From the NCBI GenBank assembly GCA_010093815.1, contig ML996567.1: DNA of 64,000 bases; one strand, given 5' to 3'. The position numbers and the translations under genes are program-made. How positions within the stretch are numbered: position 1 is the stretch's first letter; every line of letters starts with the position of its first letter. This stretch comes from Pseudovirgaria hyperparasitica. Its lineage: Eukaryota. The notes under the pieces were generated by a model that had not been told where the DNA came from, searched no databases, and saw only the letters and a list, made by a program, of their open reading frames with translations. Shown in pieces: positions 37,222 through 50,240 of this stretch.

Positions 37222-39534
37222 CTACTCTCTAAAGCCCAAACCCTCCAGCTCCTTTCGGATCTGCGACTCGGTTGTGATCTTCTTCACTTGCGTATCTTCT
37301 AACTTTTCGCCTCCTGCCTGGCGCATCTTCAGGTCGTCAATGGCTCGAATCTTCTTCAGTAAGGCTCGGACTTTCTTTTCGTGGGGGCTTCCGCCGCCAG
37401 GAGAAGTTACAGTCAAGTCAGGAGGAGGAGCCGCAGCAACAGGTGGCGTAGCTCGATTCTCATCATTATTTGTGAAGATGCGCGAATGTGAAGGTTTGCC
37501 TCGTTGGTGGGCAGGATTCCTACTGTTCGAATGATTACGTCTGTTGGACTGGCTACGACGGTCAAAGTCGCTCTTTGATCTGCTGCGCTGTTGTCTGTCA
37601 CGGCGCTCAGGGCTACGATTCGGACCAGTTGGAATGTCGCCGTCGGCAGTGAGACCTTGTGATTTCTCGGCGGCCTCCTTCGCCTTCTTCGCCTCCCGCT
37701 TCTTCTTGTTCTTCAGGGCGGCCTTCGAAAGAGCCTCGTCGCCATCATGACCAGCAAGGCTGACACCTCCACCGGGTGCGGCACCAGGGGGGAGGGCTTC
37801 GGCAGACTCGGCTCCTGGCACTTCTCGGCGGCGGTTCTTGCCAAATCCATTCACACCACCACTAGTTGAGGCGATCCCGTTGTTGACAAACGCAGCACCG
37901 CCTTCATCCTCGCGCTTGAAGTGCAGAGGTGTGCTTGTACCACGGGCTCCCGGTGGACGGTAAGCTCCGGCTGGCTTCGAGGGTGTTTTTCGGGTTCCCA
38001 GGTAAGCTACAGCTGAAGCATGAGGAGTCGGGATTGGGTTCATAGGATCTCCCAGAGGCTGCTCCTGAATGGTCTGAGGCCGCCACACAACATGGTAAAG
38101 CTCGTGCATATCCTCATTATACATCAATGCGCCACTGACGTGGTACATTCTGATCCCATTGTCCACGCGTAGACGAGGGCTCGTAGTAGCAGTCAAGATA
38201 TGTTTCCCATCTGGGCTCCACTCACACACGCTAGCGTTGCTTCCCTCAATCGTCGTGATCTTGGCATAATCCTTCTCCAGGTCATATATGTCCATCTGTC
38301 CAGCCAGATTTCCGAATCCGGCCACGATGACAAATCGCCCATGAGGCGAAAACAAGATGGTATTGCGAGGTCCGAGGTTGAAATGATGCTGTGCGACCGC
38401 TCGTGAATTGAATATGGTCGTCTTCGCAGGCATGAATCCATATATAACACCAAATTCTTTCCCGTTTGGTGACCATGTTACATCATGAATGGGGCCCTCT
38501 TTGTCTGTAGCACACGATTAGCGACTTCAGCTCAGTGTGTTGGTTTCGTGAACCTACCCAGTGTAATTCGAGAGTCGAATGCCCCATTGGCACTGAGGAT
38601 GTACATGTTGCTTTCTCCGTAGTAGCTTTTGTTAGACTTGTCTACCTCAGTTTGTGCGACAACAATAAGACTTGTGCCTGGATCGTTCCACTTGAATTGG
38701 ACCTTGTCTCCCTTAAAGAATGTCTTCTGCGAGACTGGCGTAACAAATTGAGGCACGTTGAACACTTTCACGGCTGCAGGGGATCCCTTGCGCTCCGGAA
38801 CAAAAACAGCAACTGAATGGCTCTTGCCCGGGGATAGCGCAAAATCTGTGAGTCCTTCCACGCGCAGCTTATTCCAGACAGTGCCTAGATCTCCACTTTG
38901 ATAGAATTGGACCTCATTTGTGACAGTGCGAGCACATATTTTCTCGTCAGGAGTGTACTGAAGATTCCAACCGGTCTGAGATCGTTGCACAAACTTTCCC
39001 ACCGAATCTCGCTGGCCCTCGGAACCGGCATTGGGATCCACGGTTTGCCATACTGTGAGATTCTTGATTGCGTTTCCATCCTCATCTTTACCAGGTCGTT
39101 GCCAAGTTATTATGAATGTACCCTTGGGCGAGAATCCGAGCTCGAATACATTCTGCGCGGGAAGTGTAGTGACGATGTGTCCAAGCGATGCGTCAACGAC
39201 TGAAACTCTACACCGTACGAGTCAGACATGTCTTTCCAGATCTCGGGAAAATGAGGGAACATACTGTTCAGGTGACGCCCAAGCAAAGAATCTACCATCG
39301 GGGGAGTACGTGCAACATCTGAGATTGCCTTCCGGCCTACGGACAGAGTTAGGATCTACCAGGCCGTACAGGCATGTAGTGTGTGAAGATACCTCACAAA
39401 ACCCGGTAAACTTTCGTAAACTGGTGCGGCGTTGAGAACTCCGATGCCTTTAGAGGTACGATCTAAAAATCGTTGAGCAGACATTCGCGGGTTCATAAGG
39501 GAACCTTACAAGCAACCTGAGTGGGAACTGCCAT
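37222..39534 (-). CDS. eIF2A: Eukaryotic translation initiation factor 2A
   Basis: ATG 39534 (MAVPTQVAY|RTSKGI); WD40 propeller with KSYYGE, GPIHDVTWSP, GFGNLAG, TATTSPRLRVDNG, YRPPGARG; C-terminal EKKVRALLKKIRAIDDLK coiled coil. Confidence 0.95.
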
Positions 39535-42500
39535 GACTAGCTAAAGTCACAGTGGAGAATCCGAGGAGGTGTGTAAAGTACGCTGTAAAGGGTTGTGTTG
39601 AAGTCGTAGTCTTGGTAACTTGTGTTGTGGTAGTACAGCGGTGAGAGCGTAGCGACAGGCGATACACAGCGCGTCCGAGCTTGTTGGCTGGGATGCTGAC
39701 GGAGCAAGTTACTTTGTAGACGGAAGCGGAGGCTCTAGTGCCGGAGCGGAAGGAATTGAGAAGAGACACGCGTGGGAGCGAAGAGGACGAGTGTAAAGAA
39801 GAAGAAAAGAAAGAAACAGATCGACAACTCACACGTCGACGAGAACGTTTGTGGTTTTCGGTCGGTGAACTAGTCAGCCGCACTAAGCCGGAAGCAGAAT
39901 CATCAGCCACAGCAGCCACAGCGCCATAAAGAGTAGCCGCCGTTTACCCCAGCCACAGAAGCTGCTTGCGTCTTTCTCGACGTCTTCTAGATGATTGTTC
40001 GCCATCACTCGGTACCACAGTCCTATTACCAATTGTGCTTGCGATATTGTGTTCATACTGACTCATAGACATGGTCTCAGGTAAGGACTTCTGCATCAGT
40101 GTAGTCAGTCTTCGTTTCTACGCAGCCATCGCACCGCTCTTCGAAAAACCGTAATGAGGACAATGATTCAGTGTTTACAGGCTCTCTAACAAAAGATCGG
40201 ACTGTATGTCGATCCATGAATCATATTGGCCGTTTGTCTGGTATCAGAATGTACCAGAAAGTCAAACTTCTCTCGCCTGCAAGCCAGACGGAGCCTCATC
40301 AGATCGATATCCATTTGAGTCATGGGAACGGATATTGATCAATCTCATCCGAACCATGTGCTGATGTGATGGCACATGCTCATCGGTAGTAGCTCTCAGA
40401 TTAGACACTCCAGAAGCAATATTGAGAGCGTATATGAGGGGAACATTTTCGTTAGGTATGTGTGTGTTAGACAGGCCTCTCGAAAGAAGGCGTCTTTCGT
40501 CAACAGTCACCAAACGTAGCAACACGTAATGAGAATAATGCATACATAGCAGCCTAGGTTTGTTCCACTCGCGTAAATGGAGACTCAGGCCCAGGCCCAG
40601 GCTCTTTCCATACGAGGCTATGGAGGAAACCCTCAAGCTGCCGAGTGTCGTTTTTTCATGGTGTATCTTAGACGATTATAGTGAGTAGAGTTACGTGGAG
40701 CTAATTATACGCCTTAAGAGTAATTTTGGTGTGAGTGGACGGAGACAGCCGCTCTGTAATGAACTCTACTAACAGCTTATAGATGCTTATAAGTGCGTTC
40801 CACTGTTGTCCCACGCTATATAGTCACTGTTACATTAACTCGTGAAAACAGACGTCTACTCCGCACTGGCAGGACTAGTGCTCGTGGGAGAAGTTCTAGA
40901 CTCCATACATTCACTCGCAGCACTAATACGTAGTTACGGTAGATACCACATCTGACTAGGAGTGACAACCGACAATGAAAGAAAGGGCGCGTTACAACCT
41001 GCATCTTGGAGCAATCGGAAGGTCTTCGCAGTCACGGCAACATCCGAACATATCATTAGAAGACGTTTTTCTTGCGCCACCCGCATTGTTGAGATCATGT
41101 TTTGATTCGAGTGGCGGCCATCTGCGGTACCTCGTGGGATCTTGAGGTACGGTCTTGGTCAATGGAGAGAGCGCTTGAGGGTTTTCTGAGAAGCTACGAA
41201 GTGGAGATACCTAGCTGGAGTGTCTGGTGTCAGACAGGCTATGGCAAGCTTTACTGCTACACATGAACAGCGTCTCTAATGCATACTTACAATTAGCGAC
41301 GCACCAACGCCATGTTTACTTTGTCCTCAAGGCAGTCAGTCCGAGACGACGATTACGCAAGCAGGAATTCGCAATAACAATGCCGTGATTGGTTCCCAAT
41401 CTCCTGTTTCAGGGTTTTACATTCGCAGGAAAGTGACTATGACCACAAAACTACTGGGGAGTTCCGTCAGCTGCAGAGTACCTAAGACTCTGAGTGGTTT
41501 CGAGAGGCAGCGCCACATCCAAAACTATATGGCCTATCGATACGTCGAAGAAATAGCGGGCCGCAATCGAAGATGCAAGTCAAAGAAGCTGATGTGAAGG
41601 CGGATTGGTAAAACCCCACAAGCCTGAGAGGCGATACGCACGTGGCGTCCGACATGCGTAGATGCAGACTGCGAATCGTAATCCAAGACCGTAATCCAAG
41701 ACCATAATCGACGCTTACTTCTGAAGGCACGTCTGTCTGTACAGATGACCGCAGCACGACCGACTACTGGTAGCACAGGAATGAAAATGGACCTCCTTGA
41801 AATGCTTGGCCGTCTTACGATGGTCGATGCGACTCGTTTGTTCAGGCAGCTTGACGTCAAAGAGTGGTGGAAAAGCCATGAATGGGATTGCCATGTTCGC
41901 CCAGCGAGAATACGATGTCTGCCACCCGCACCCTGATGAGAAGCGCGGGTGGTATTCCCCAACATTGAGCATCACAGCAAGCGACGACGTCAGCCCTCGG
42001 CCTGTTTGCTGGCTTCTGACAAGAGACGCCCTGAGAGGTTCTCCAGCCTTTCATCGTCAACGCTAAACCCCGCGATTGGAAATGTCTGTTGCCCTATTTG
42101 GGCAAAGTTTCACACTCGTGGCGTAGATCTACAGCAGCGGTCCTCTTTCACCGGGGACAAAACGTATTTAGCTCGAGACTAACGGGATGGATCCCTTCGC
42201 CTCCAAAGAGCTAAGAGCAAAGTCAAGATCACGCTAAGCACTAGGAATGATGCGCCTCCAGAAGTCCCACACAGTTTAAACGTACTGTTGACATAGTATG
42301 GTACTGTACTTCCTTTTGCAGAGCCAACGGCCAGCGAATAGCAGACGATCAATAGCATGATATGCTAATCTCCCAGCACGCTAAGAACAACATCACTCGG
42401 CCAAGGACATGGGCCTGGGATCGGCTAATGCATCGTTCTTGACATTGGCCGGCGCGACTTACGGAGTCTAAAGCTCATAGAACGGCAGTGGTGTGCACCA

Positions 42501-42610
42501 GGCATCATAACAAGTATATATAGGGGCTCGCACCATGTCTGTATTCATGATCAGTGTCGATCCTTCAATATTTAATCAACACGCGACGACTCTTGCATAT
42601 CAGCATCGAT

Positions 42611-43986
42611 ATGCTTTCCAAGACCTCTGCCGTCGCAGCTGTGCTGTTTGCACAGTCTGCTCTCGCCTTCCCCAGCCTTGCCCACCTTGACCAACTTCCA
42701 AAGGTTCAAGACGGAGAAACTGTTGCTCGCAGCACTCCTGCAAGTGAGCTACACGCCGCCGACATCGAGAATGCCATCAGGGCTATCCAAGGCGTCTCGG
42801 GCAACAATGTCCCTGACCCATCCCTGGCTATCGGTTTCGACGCTGCGAAGCAATACGTTAGCAATCAAGGCAAATACGCCTACGTTGCTCCAGGCCCCAG
42901 CGACGCTCGTGGACCTTGCCCCGGTTTGAACGCCATGGCAAACCACGGTTACATCCCACATAGTACGGTACTTCTTGACTTATTTTATAGAATGCGTGCT
43001 AACAACGTTTTGCAACAGATGGCGTGGCAAGCCTTCAGCAATTCATCGATGGAACCTACACCGTGTTTGGCATGGGTAAGGATCTCGGCGGTTTCCTCGC
43101 CATTCTCGGAGGTGTCCTAGATGGCCCCTTGACCAAATGGTCCATTGGAGGACTCTCCGCTGCAGCACCAGGTGGAACTGGTCTTACCGGCAGCCACAAC
43201 AAATATGAAGGCGATGCTAGCCCTACGCGACCTGATCTGTACCAGTATGGTGATAACTGGACGGTCCGTCGGGAGCAGTGGCAAGCTCTCTACGACACTC
43301 AAGCAGGTGTGTCTGACGCAGACGCCAACTACAACTTGAAAGTTCTTCAGGAGTTCCGCAGCAAGCGATTCGACGAGTCCAAGGCTCAAAACCCTTACTT
43401 CTTCAACGGTCCATTCTCTGGAGTCGCCGTGCAACCAGCGGCATATACGTTCATCTATCGCTTCATGGGCAACAAGTCTGCAGAGCACCCTGACGGTGTG
43501 TTGAACCGCGAAACTCTCAAGGCCTTTTTTGGTATGTCTCAAGACAACCAAGGCAGCTGGACCGGCGGTGCTGGCTACGAAACTATCCCAGACAACTGGT
43601 ACAAACGTGCCATCGGTGCCGAATACACCATCCCCTTCTTCATCCTAGACCTGATTCAGGAGGCCTCTGTGTACCCAAAGTTCCTTGATATCGGTGGCAA
43701 CACTGGTACACCCAACTCATTCACTGGTGTTGACATTGAAAACCTCACCGGTGGCGTCTTCAACGCCAAAACTCTGCTTCAAGGCAACAACCTCTTCTGC
43801 TTCGCCTTCCAGTTCGTGCAACAGGGCGAGCCCGACTTGCTCACCTCGCTTCTCACCACGCTGACTGGCGATGCTGGACGGGCCATTCTGTCCCTTGGCT
43901 GCCCAAGCCTATACAAGATCAATGAGGATCAACTGAAGGCTTACCCTGGCTACATCCGCAGCCAGAACGGTGAAAATGGAGTTTAG
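42611..43986 (+). CDS. Secreted heme-thiolate peroxidase / unspecific peroxygenase (long, EGD-type)
   Basis: Signal peptide MLSKTSAVAAVLFAQSALA; proximal RGPCPGLNAMANHGY; SHNKYEGDASPTR. One intron ~42967-43018; TATATATA at ~42516. Confidence 0.92.
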
Positions 43987-45879
43987 ACATTTTATCTTTT
44001 TGAAGTTGCAGTACCATTTGGCATGATTCATGAGGGGCGCATATACGGGCATACTGTTTAGACACGGTCTGTTTAGGCATTGGGTGGGGGCTGGCGGACT
44101 GGGAAACATTGTATGATCGTTTAGCGCTGCATGTAAACAAAACGAAGCATTTTTCTAATGAGCATTCTTAAACGCACAGTGTTGTCAAGTTTCGTCCACT
44201 CACAGGGTGAGTGTAATCTTCATCAACATCATGATTACATTCTCCTCCACCCTCCTCCACACAGCTCTGCTTTGAGTCTCCAGTCTTTCCCAGACGCAAT
44301 CGCTCTAGACGCCTCATCAAAACACTACTGTGCATAGCCTGAATAACGGCCCCTGTCTAATCGTCGATGTCCTCCACACACACCCCGTCCACAGCCCCAC
44401 CACTACCCCAGGCGTGCTTCAAAATACGCAATCCCTGAACGTACCGAGGCCGCACGCTAGTCGTCGCCACTCCATGTGAAAAAAGCACAAGATACAGTAT
44501 CACAAGCATGCATTTGTTTTAATCCTTTCGCCTAGAGAAGATCGATCTTGATCTGAAGACAACAGATAGATGTGTTCTTTGTTCGATTCGCGGCTTCCTT
44601 TTCATATATAATTATGTCGGTTTCTTGTTTGTACTACCCCCAGCTCCCTCCTCCTTCCCCTTCTGAAGTCTAATTCATTCATTCATGGGCTTGGTGGGTA
44701 TGGGCTGTATGGGAAGGGTAGGAAAGTGAAGATTGTCTTGTGCACTTGGCATCTCTTGAAAGAGATTCAATATCTACGTGCATGCATTCGGTGATTGCAT
44801 CCACATCTACATGCACGCAAAATTACCCAGCCACTATCTAGTAGGTACTTGGCATTTTGCGCAGCCATAAACACTTGGCGCGGACCCTGTGCCTTCATCC
44901 GATGATGTGGATGGGGATTAGGAGTGGTAGGTACTGGTGGTGTAGTTAGTATTGGACGTGAGATACCCAGAGACAGACGCCACACACATAGACATAGGGT
45001 ATCGCATCCGACTCCCCTACCCTGCGACCCTCCCTGCGTCATCTGTATGAGGTGTCTGTGGCTGTGGCTGTGACGCAGGAGGAGCTGGTAACTATTAGAC
45101 TTCTGTTATGGATTAGTACTAGAAGTGAGTGGGACTGCGTTCTCCACCAGCAGACAGATCTAAGCCCCCTTAGAAACCGTCCAGCTTTGTGAAAGATGAC
45201 AACGGCCTTTGACACATATGGCTAGCTGCAGGTCTGAAGATCATTTAGAGACACATGGGTGTAGCACGAGAACGAGTACAAAGTGCCCTAAGTCGTTGTC
45301 TCGTCGTGCGATGAGTTGATTTTCCTCGCCATATTTAGCTACCATACTACGATACATACGTTCGCGAGAGAAAGGGCCTGCATCCTGCCGGTCGGACCGA
45401 CATGGGAGGATAATACTGTGAAGTTTCCCCAGCTTTTCGAAAGTTTGGATGTGGAGGTGGCGCCCGCCGGGATCTGCACCGGGGACATATGATGTGGGGA
45501 TAAGAGCAGGAGCAGGGGCATGTGAAAAGGTTAGTGGTGTTGTTGAGATAATCAAGAAAATGTTTAGTTTCGTCTGCGATATGATTGGATGGGTCGTTGG
45601 GAATTACTACGTAGTACTGTACTACAATCTGTGTCAATCATAGACCTTTGCCTTGTATCGTTGGTTAGCATGTGGGTCTGGGCTTGAATGATGTTTCATA
45701 TGCGTTCATGATGGATGGGTAGGCATATGGCTTTGTACAGGTGGGCTTGATCTGGGGCATGTATATGTCAGGGTCTAGGAGGTCCCAGAGGCGGAATGGC
45801 TGTGACACTTCACTACCATTACCATTGCATCAAAGACGTCTGGTCAGTCGTGATATATTAATCGTCCTCTCAGGTCTCA

Positions 45880-45975
45880 ATCCGTTTGTCCATAGTTACA
45901 TGGGAAAGCTTGGCGCCCGATGCACGTCTGTGCCACCAACACGCGTTTTTATATGTAATTAACATTTTACGGCAT
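45880..45975 (+). repeat. Left terminal inverted repeat
   Basis: ATCCGTTTGTCCATAGTTACATGGGAAAGCTTGGCGCCCGATGCACGTCTGTGCCACCAACACGCGTTTTTATATGTAATTAACATTTTACGGCAT is the reverse complement of 57331-57426 except one C/T. Confidence 0.96.
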
Positions 45976-46079
45976 TATCGCCGCACCACACGTATATAGA
46001 GTCTATAACTATATAATATAGTATATAAGAGTTAGTATATATAATATTTAGTATTTTTAACTTACTAACGTGTGTATAT

Positions 46080-47180
46080 ATAGTACCCTAGGGCGTTATC
46101 TATCCTGATTCCGTATATAGATAAATCGACTTCCTCCTATAACACGATATACCTATTAATAAGATTATCGCTATTACTAAAGTTAGTAAGAATATAGTAT
46201 ATAGGACGAGGTTTAACCTTAAGACGTACGGATAGAGAAATAAACCGTAGTTAACGCGTTATGGTCCACCTCGTTAACTAAGTAATTATATAATATAATA
46301 ACTACTTAAGAGACTACTTTGTAAGGGCTAGCTATACCTTAATAAGATAGCTAGATAGATATACGAAGAGTTTAATCTTACTATATCTAAATAGCTTCTA
46401 TCTAAAGAGTTATCCAAGCGAGGGTAGAATTATAAGCTATTAAAATATATTAGTAGTACGTGCTTAGAGATAGCGCGTACTTTATACCTTAAGGATATTA
46501 CGGAGCTACTAGTAGACTTATATATCTTCTTAGATAAGGTTATTTTTAATAAGAAAATTAGATAGAGGCGTCGAGCTAGAGTACTAAAAGGATAGACTCT
46601 AACTAAGATTAGTACTCTTAATTAAGGATCTATATATAGCGTATATAGAGCTATTACGGCTAATAGTTTTATCTACTATTAGATAAAGGAAGGTTATTTC
46701 TTAACGGATAAGTTCTATACCTAGCTATAAGTATACCTATTACCTACTCTCGAGGTAAAATACCCCGGGTATATAATAATAATTATTATAGATAATCTCG
46801 TACTTTATACGAACTAATAGATTAAGCTACTTATACTTAGCGCTAGCTATATTATATAGTATATACTACCGTACTTACCTAACTTTAATTCTATTAAGCT
46901 TATATAGGCGGTAATAAAGGTATAGATTCGTAGGTAGTATATCTAGATATATTAGTAATCTTAAACTTTTAAGGACTTTCTCTATATCGTATTTATATAT
47001 AGCTATACTAATTAGTAGGCTCTACGCTTCTTTAAATATACTATAGATAGGTACTATATTAATAAGATGCTCCGGTAGAAGGTAGTCGCTAATTTAGAGA
47101 GGTTTAGATAAGGTAGAGATAGTAGAGAGGTTACTAAAGTTAAGGAGATTAGGAGACTTTTTTATAAACTTATTAAGTAA
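46080..47180 (+). pseudogene. IS630/Tc1 DD34E transposase, RIP-mutated
   Basis: One frame from ATA(ATG) 46080: IFLD[E] (GAT 46533), [M]DN (GAT 46791), [P]PY[S]P[D]FN[P]I[E] (AAG for GAG at 46896), with exactly 34 codons between the second D and the E. Stops are TAA/TAG explicable by C>T/G>A. End coordinate approximate. Confidence 0.9.
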
Positions 47181-47339
47181 CTTACTCGTTACTAACTCGC
47201 CGATAAGTAAGTCGCTTAGCTAGCTAGTAATAGTCTATATATATATCCGTTTTAGGTACTATTCGTCGAGTATATAGCCTTAATATATAAATATATACTC
47301 CTAAATACACTCTAAGAAATACTATACTATCCCTATCTA

Positions 47340-48210
47340 AATACTAGTTATACTAGTTATAGTAAACGCCTAGAGCAAGGACGCCGCCTTACTTATCTTA
47401 AGTTACTTCTTATACTTATAAAGGTATAGACGTGCGTCTAGTAGGATACTAAGTAGAATACCTACTATCTTCGCGGCTTTATAATAAGTAGTTCTAGACT
47501 AAGTTATCTCCTTAATATAGCGGTAAGTATAGTAGTTATTATCTATATATAGTCTTAATTCGTGTATTCTAGCCCTCGTCTTATCGTAAGTCTCTATCTC
47601 CTTACGCTATTTAAGAGCTAATAGTACTATATCCGCCTAGTAACGCCCTAGTTATACTAGACTACTAAAGGTTTCTATAACTCGTGTCTAAGGGGGTATT
47701 TTATAACGAGTCTTACGAGTTAGCGAATAATTTAAACTATAAGTAGATAGAGGACGAGGTTAAGGTTAAGGTTAAGGAAACGTAGGTATCTATATAGGTA
47801 TTATAGGATTAAATCTATAATACTATAATTCTATCTAACGAAGTAGTTAAGTATATACGAGCTTATCTTTATTATCTTAATAATATCTTACCGCCGCCTC
47901 CTTACGCTTAATTATTATCTATCTTATCTACTTATCTTAAAGCCTCGTATTCCGCTCCTTATAATCTAACTTAGCCTCCTTATATCGTAATCTCTTTATT
48001 TTAAGGCGCTCGAGTATAGAAGTAGTACTTCCGTTAACGGCGGTTAACGAGGTACTAGTTCTACTACTAGTTCGAGACTTCCTTAGGCACGGTCGAGCGA
48101 TAATCTTATAGAATAAGTCTATTAACGGCTTATCCTTAGTTACACCTTAAATACTATTAATAATATTATTAGCCTATAGCTCTAAGATAGTCTTATCTAC
48201 CTTATAGTAG
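47340..48210 (-). pseudogene. Transposon ORF2, 3' half (coiled coil, QP-rich linker, C-terminal domain)
   Basis: Frame continues from 56254-57139 once the retrotransposon and one AGTAG copy are removed (..CTC TAC TAT AAG GTA GAT AAG..). End approximate. Confidence 0.7.
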
Positions 48211-48448
48211 TGTAAAGAGTAAAGACGTAGGATAGTAGTCTAACAGTTTATAGAGAGACATAGGAATGTATTTATAGAGTAATCTCACTCTTATACGAGG
48301 TTAATTCCTAACGAGTAGGAATTGGTTTATATAGTCCACTTATATAGTGACCTTGCTTAACTTAGCTAACTTAACCTAGCTCTGGCCACTACGTGGCTAT
48401 ATAGATTAGAATAGTCTATATAGATCTATTATGGTTCCCGTCCTAATA
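48211..48448 (-). repeat. 3' LTR
   Basis: TGTAAAGAG...CCGTCCTAATA. Colinear with 56016-56253; ~20 differences by manual alignment, all transitions. Confidence 0.95.
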
Positions 48449-48465
48449 ATATCCTTCTTCTTTTT
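48449..48465 (-). other. Polypurine tract
   Basis: Minus strand AAAAAGAAGAAGGATAT directly abutting the 3' LTR. Confidence 0.8.
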
Positions 48466-48927
48466 ATACTTCGCCCTAAAGTACTTAAGTATATATAATT
48501 CTAAGTCTCTATAATCTATCGTGTACCTATACATCTATAACTAAGTTTCTATAACGTTATAACTATCCTTAATATAGGTGAACTTAAGATTCTAGTTCAC
48601 TTTTATTAGTTTATACACGCGCTTATCCCTTACTTTATAGCTACTACCTAGGACACGTAATCGCTACTTTAGTCAAGTATATATTTAGCTTCGCTCGCCT
48701 TTAATTTTATTCTCTAGTATATCTACTTCGCTCTTAAGGTAAGTTATTAATTTATATACTATCTTCCCTAGTTTAGGTTTAGAAGGGTCTATAGTAGTCT
48801 ATTCTTATTAGAACCGGTCCTATATAACCTATTCGCGTTATTACGGTTACTGATTTAGCTTTATTAATCGCCGTTAAGGGTAGACGAATATTCCTTCCTT
48901 AGATCTCTAGCTAACGTATATATATAG

Positions 48928-50240
48928 ATGTCTAATACTAGTCCTATCTCTAAGCCTACCTCCTCCTCTTATAAGACTCGCTCTAAAGGTATCGCCTCCT
49001 CCCCGGCCACACCAGCTAAGAAGCCTACCTATTACGGTGGCACGAAGGCGCGCTCTAAGTTAGAGAAGAGAGTAGCTAGGGCTACTACTACTACTACCTC
49101 TACTACTAATATAGCCACTAGTTACTCTAATCTAGGTAATCCTAGTACTAAACTTATAGATAAAGTGGTCGTAGGTTCCCCTCTCGCTCTAAAGCGTACG
49201 CCGCCTACTCTACCTCCTCTAGAGGATAAAGAAGATCTCGTCATAGACGATAATCGCGAGCCCTTACGCTCACCCACGCCGCCGCCTCGCCGCTCTTCCT
49301 TCCGGTCTAATATAGACTAATTTAGTCGCTCTAGGTCCTTTTAGGACCTTAATATTCGCTCTAAACCCTAGCCTACTAATAATAAGGCCTAGGTCGCCGA
49401 GGATACTAAATGTAGTCGCGGTTTACGCCATAGGAAAACGGCGAACTACGGTTCGATATACTATAAGTATATTAAGGGCTATACGGCCGGCTCTAAATAT
49501 CTCTTTCGCTCTAACTCTAGTATTAGCTACTACTCTACTAACCGCGACGGGCCTATACGCCCTATCTTTACTCTATCTACCCGCTACTACCGCTATACTA
49601 TAACTAGTAAGACTTATCTATAGGTGAGTATAATAGGCTATCTTAATCTAGTATAATCTAAAGTGGTCCGCGCTAATATATTCTTAGGTTCCTATATATA
49701 TATAAGATATATATAACGACCTTCGCGTCCGCGAGACCCTCGGGGGTCCTTATAGCCGCCTACCTACTATATAGAGGGAGTTTAGGGAGCGCTATAAGCT
49801 CTTCCTAGAGGTTATTAAAGTATAAGTTATGAGCACGTTAATTATTTTTAACATCTATTAATTTTTCTAGCCGCCGCGAGATCCCTAGCGCCTAGGCTAT
49901 CTATTCTAGGGAGTCTATTCTAGCTATAGAGGCCGTAGAGAGAATTCGCTCTATCCCCCCCCGTCCATCTCGCGCTACTAATAGATCTTATAAGAGGTCT
50001 ACTATTTCTCCCTCTAAGTCGCCTCGTAAGAGGGTATATATTCCCTTCTAGATTATTCTAGATCATGTTAGCTAACTTTAGACCTAGTCGCTACGCTCCG
50101 GCGCTTAAGGCTCTTCCCTCTAGACTCTAACGGATCGGGTTATTACTCTAGAGGCTAAGGTTATCGTCCTCCGCCGCCATGTTATATAGTTAGAGAGGAC
50201 TACGCTAGAGGTTAGGACGGATAATAAGATAGAGAAGTAG
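48928..50240 (+). pseudogene. Antisense, intron-containing accessory gene of the retrotransposon (Cys-cluster + basic + coiled-coil protein)
   Basis: ATG 48928; frame continues past RIP-type stops to 49623. Introns 49624-49687 (GTGAGT..GCTAAT..TAG), ~49820-49870, 50034-~50081 (GTAT[G]T..GCTAAC..TAG). Confidence 0.7.

Noticed and set aside
41385..41495. U14 snoRNA look-alike (ACATTCGCAG ... CCTAAGACTCTGAGTG)
   Set aside because: Only a 10-nt match to domain A; the domain B 18S complement (CCTTCCTWGGATGT) and a proper C box are missing. An Infernal search would be needed.
41677..41709. 13-bp tandem duplication CGTAATCCAAGAC x2.5
   Set aside because: Too short, no spacers; simple slippage and not CRISPR-like.
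44537..44556. AAGATCGATCTT palindrome resembling a White Collar light-response element
   Set aside because: Short motif expected by chance, and it lies downstream of the peroxygenase with no clear target promoter.
47757..47777. GGTTAA repeats resembling telomeric sequence
   Set aside because: The unit is TTAAGG, not TTAGGG; explained as RIP-mutated CAA-CCT (Gln-Pro) codons of transposon ORF2.
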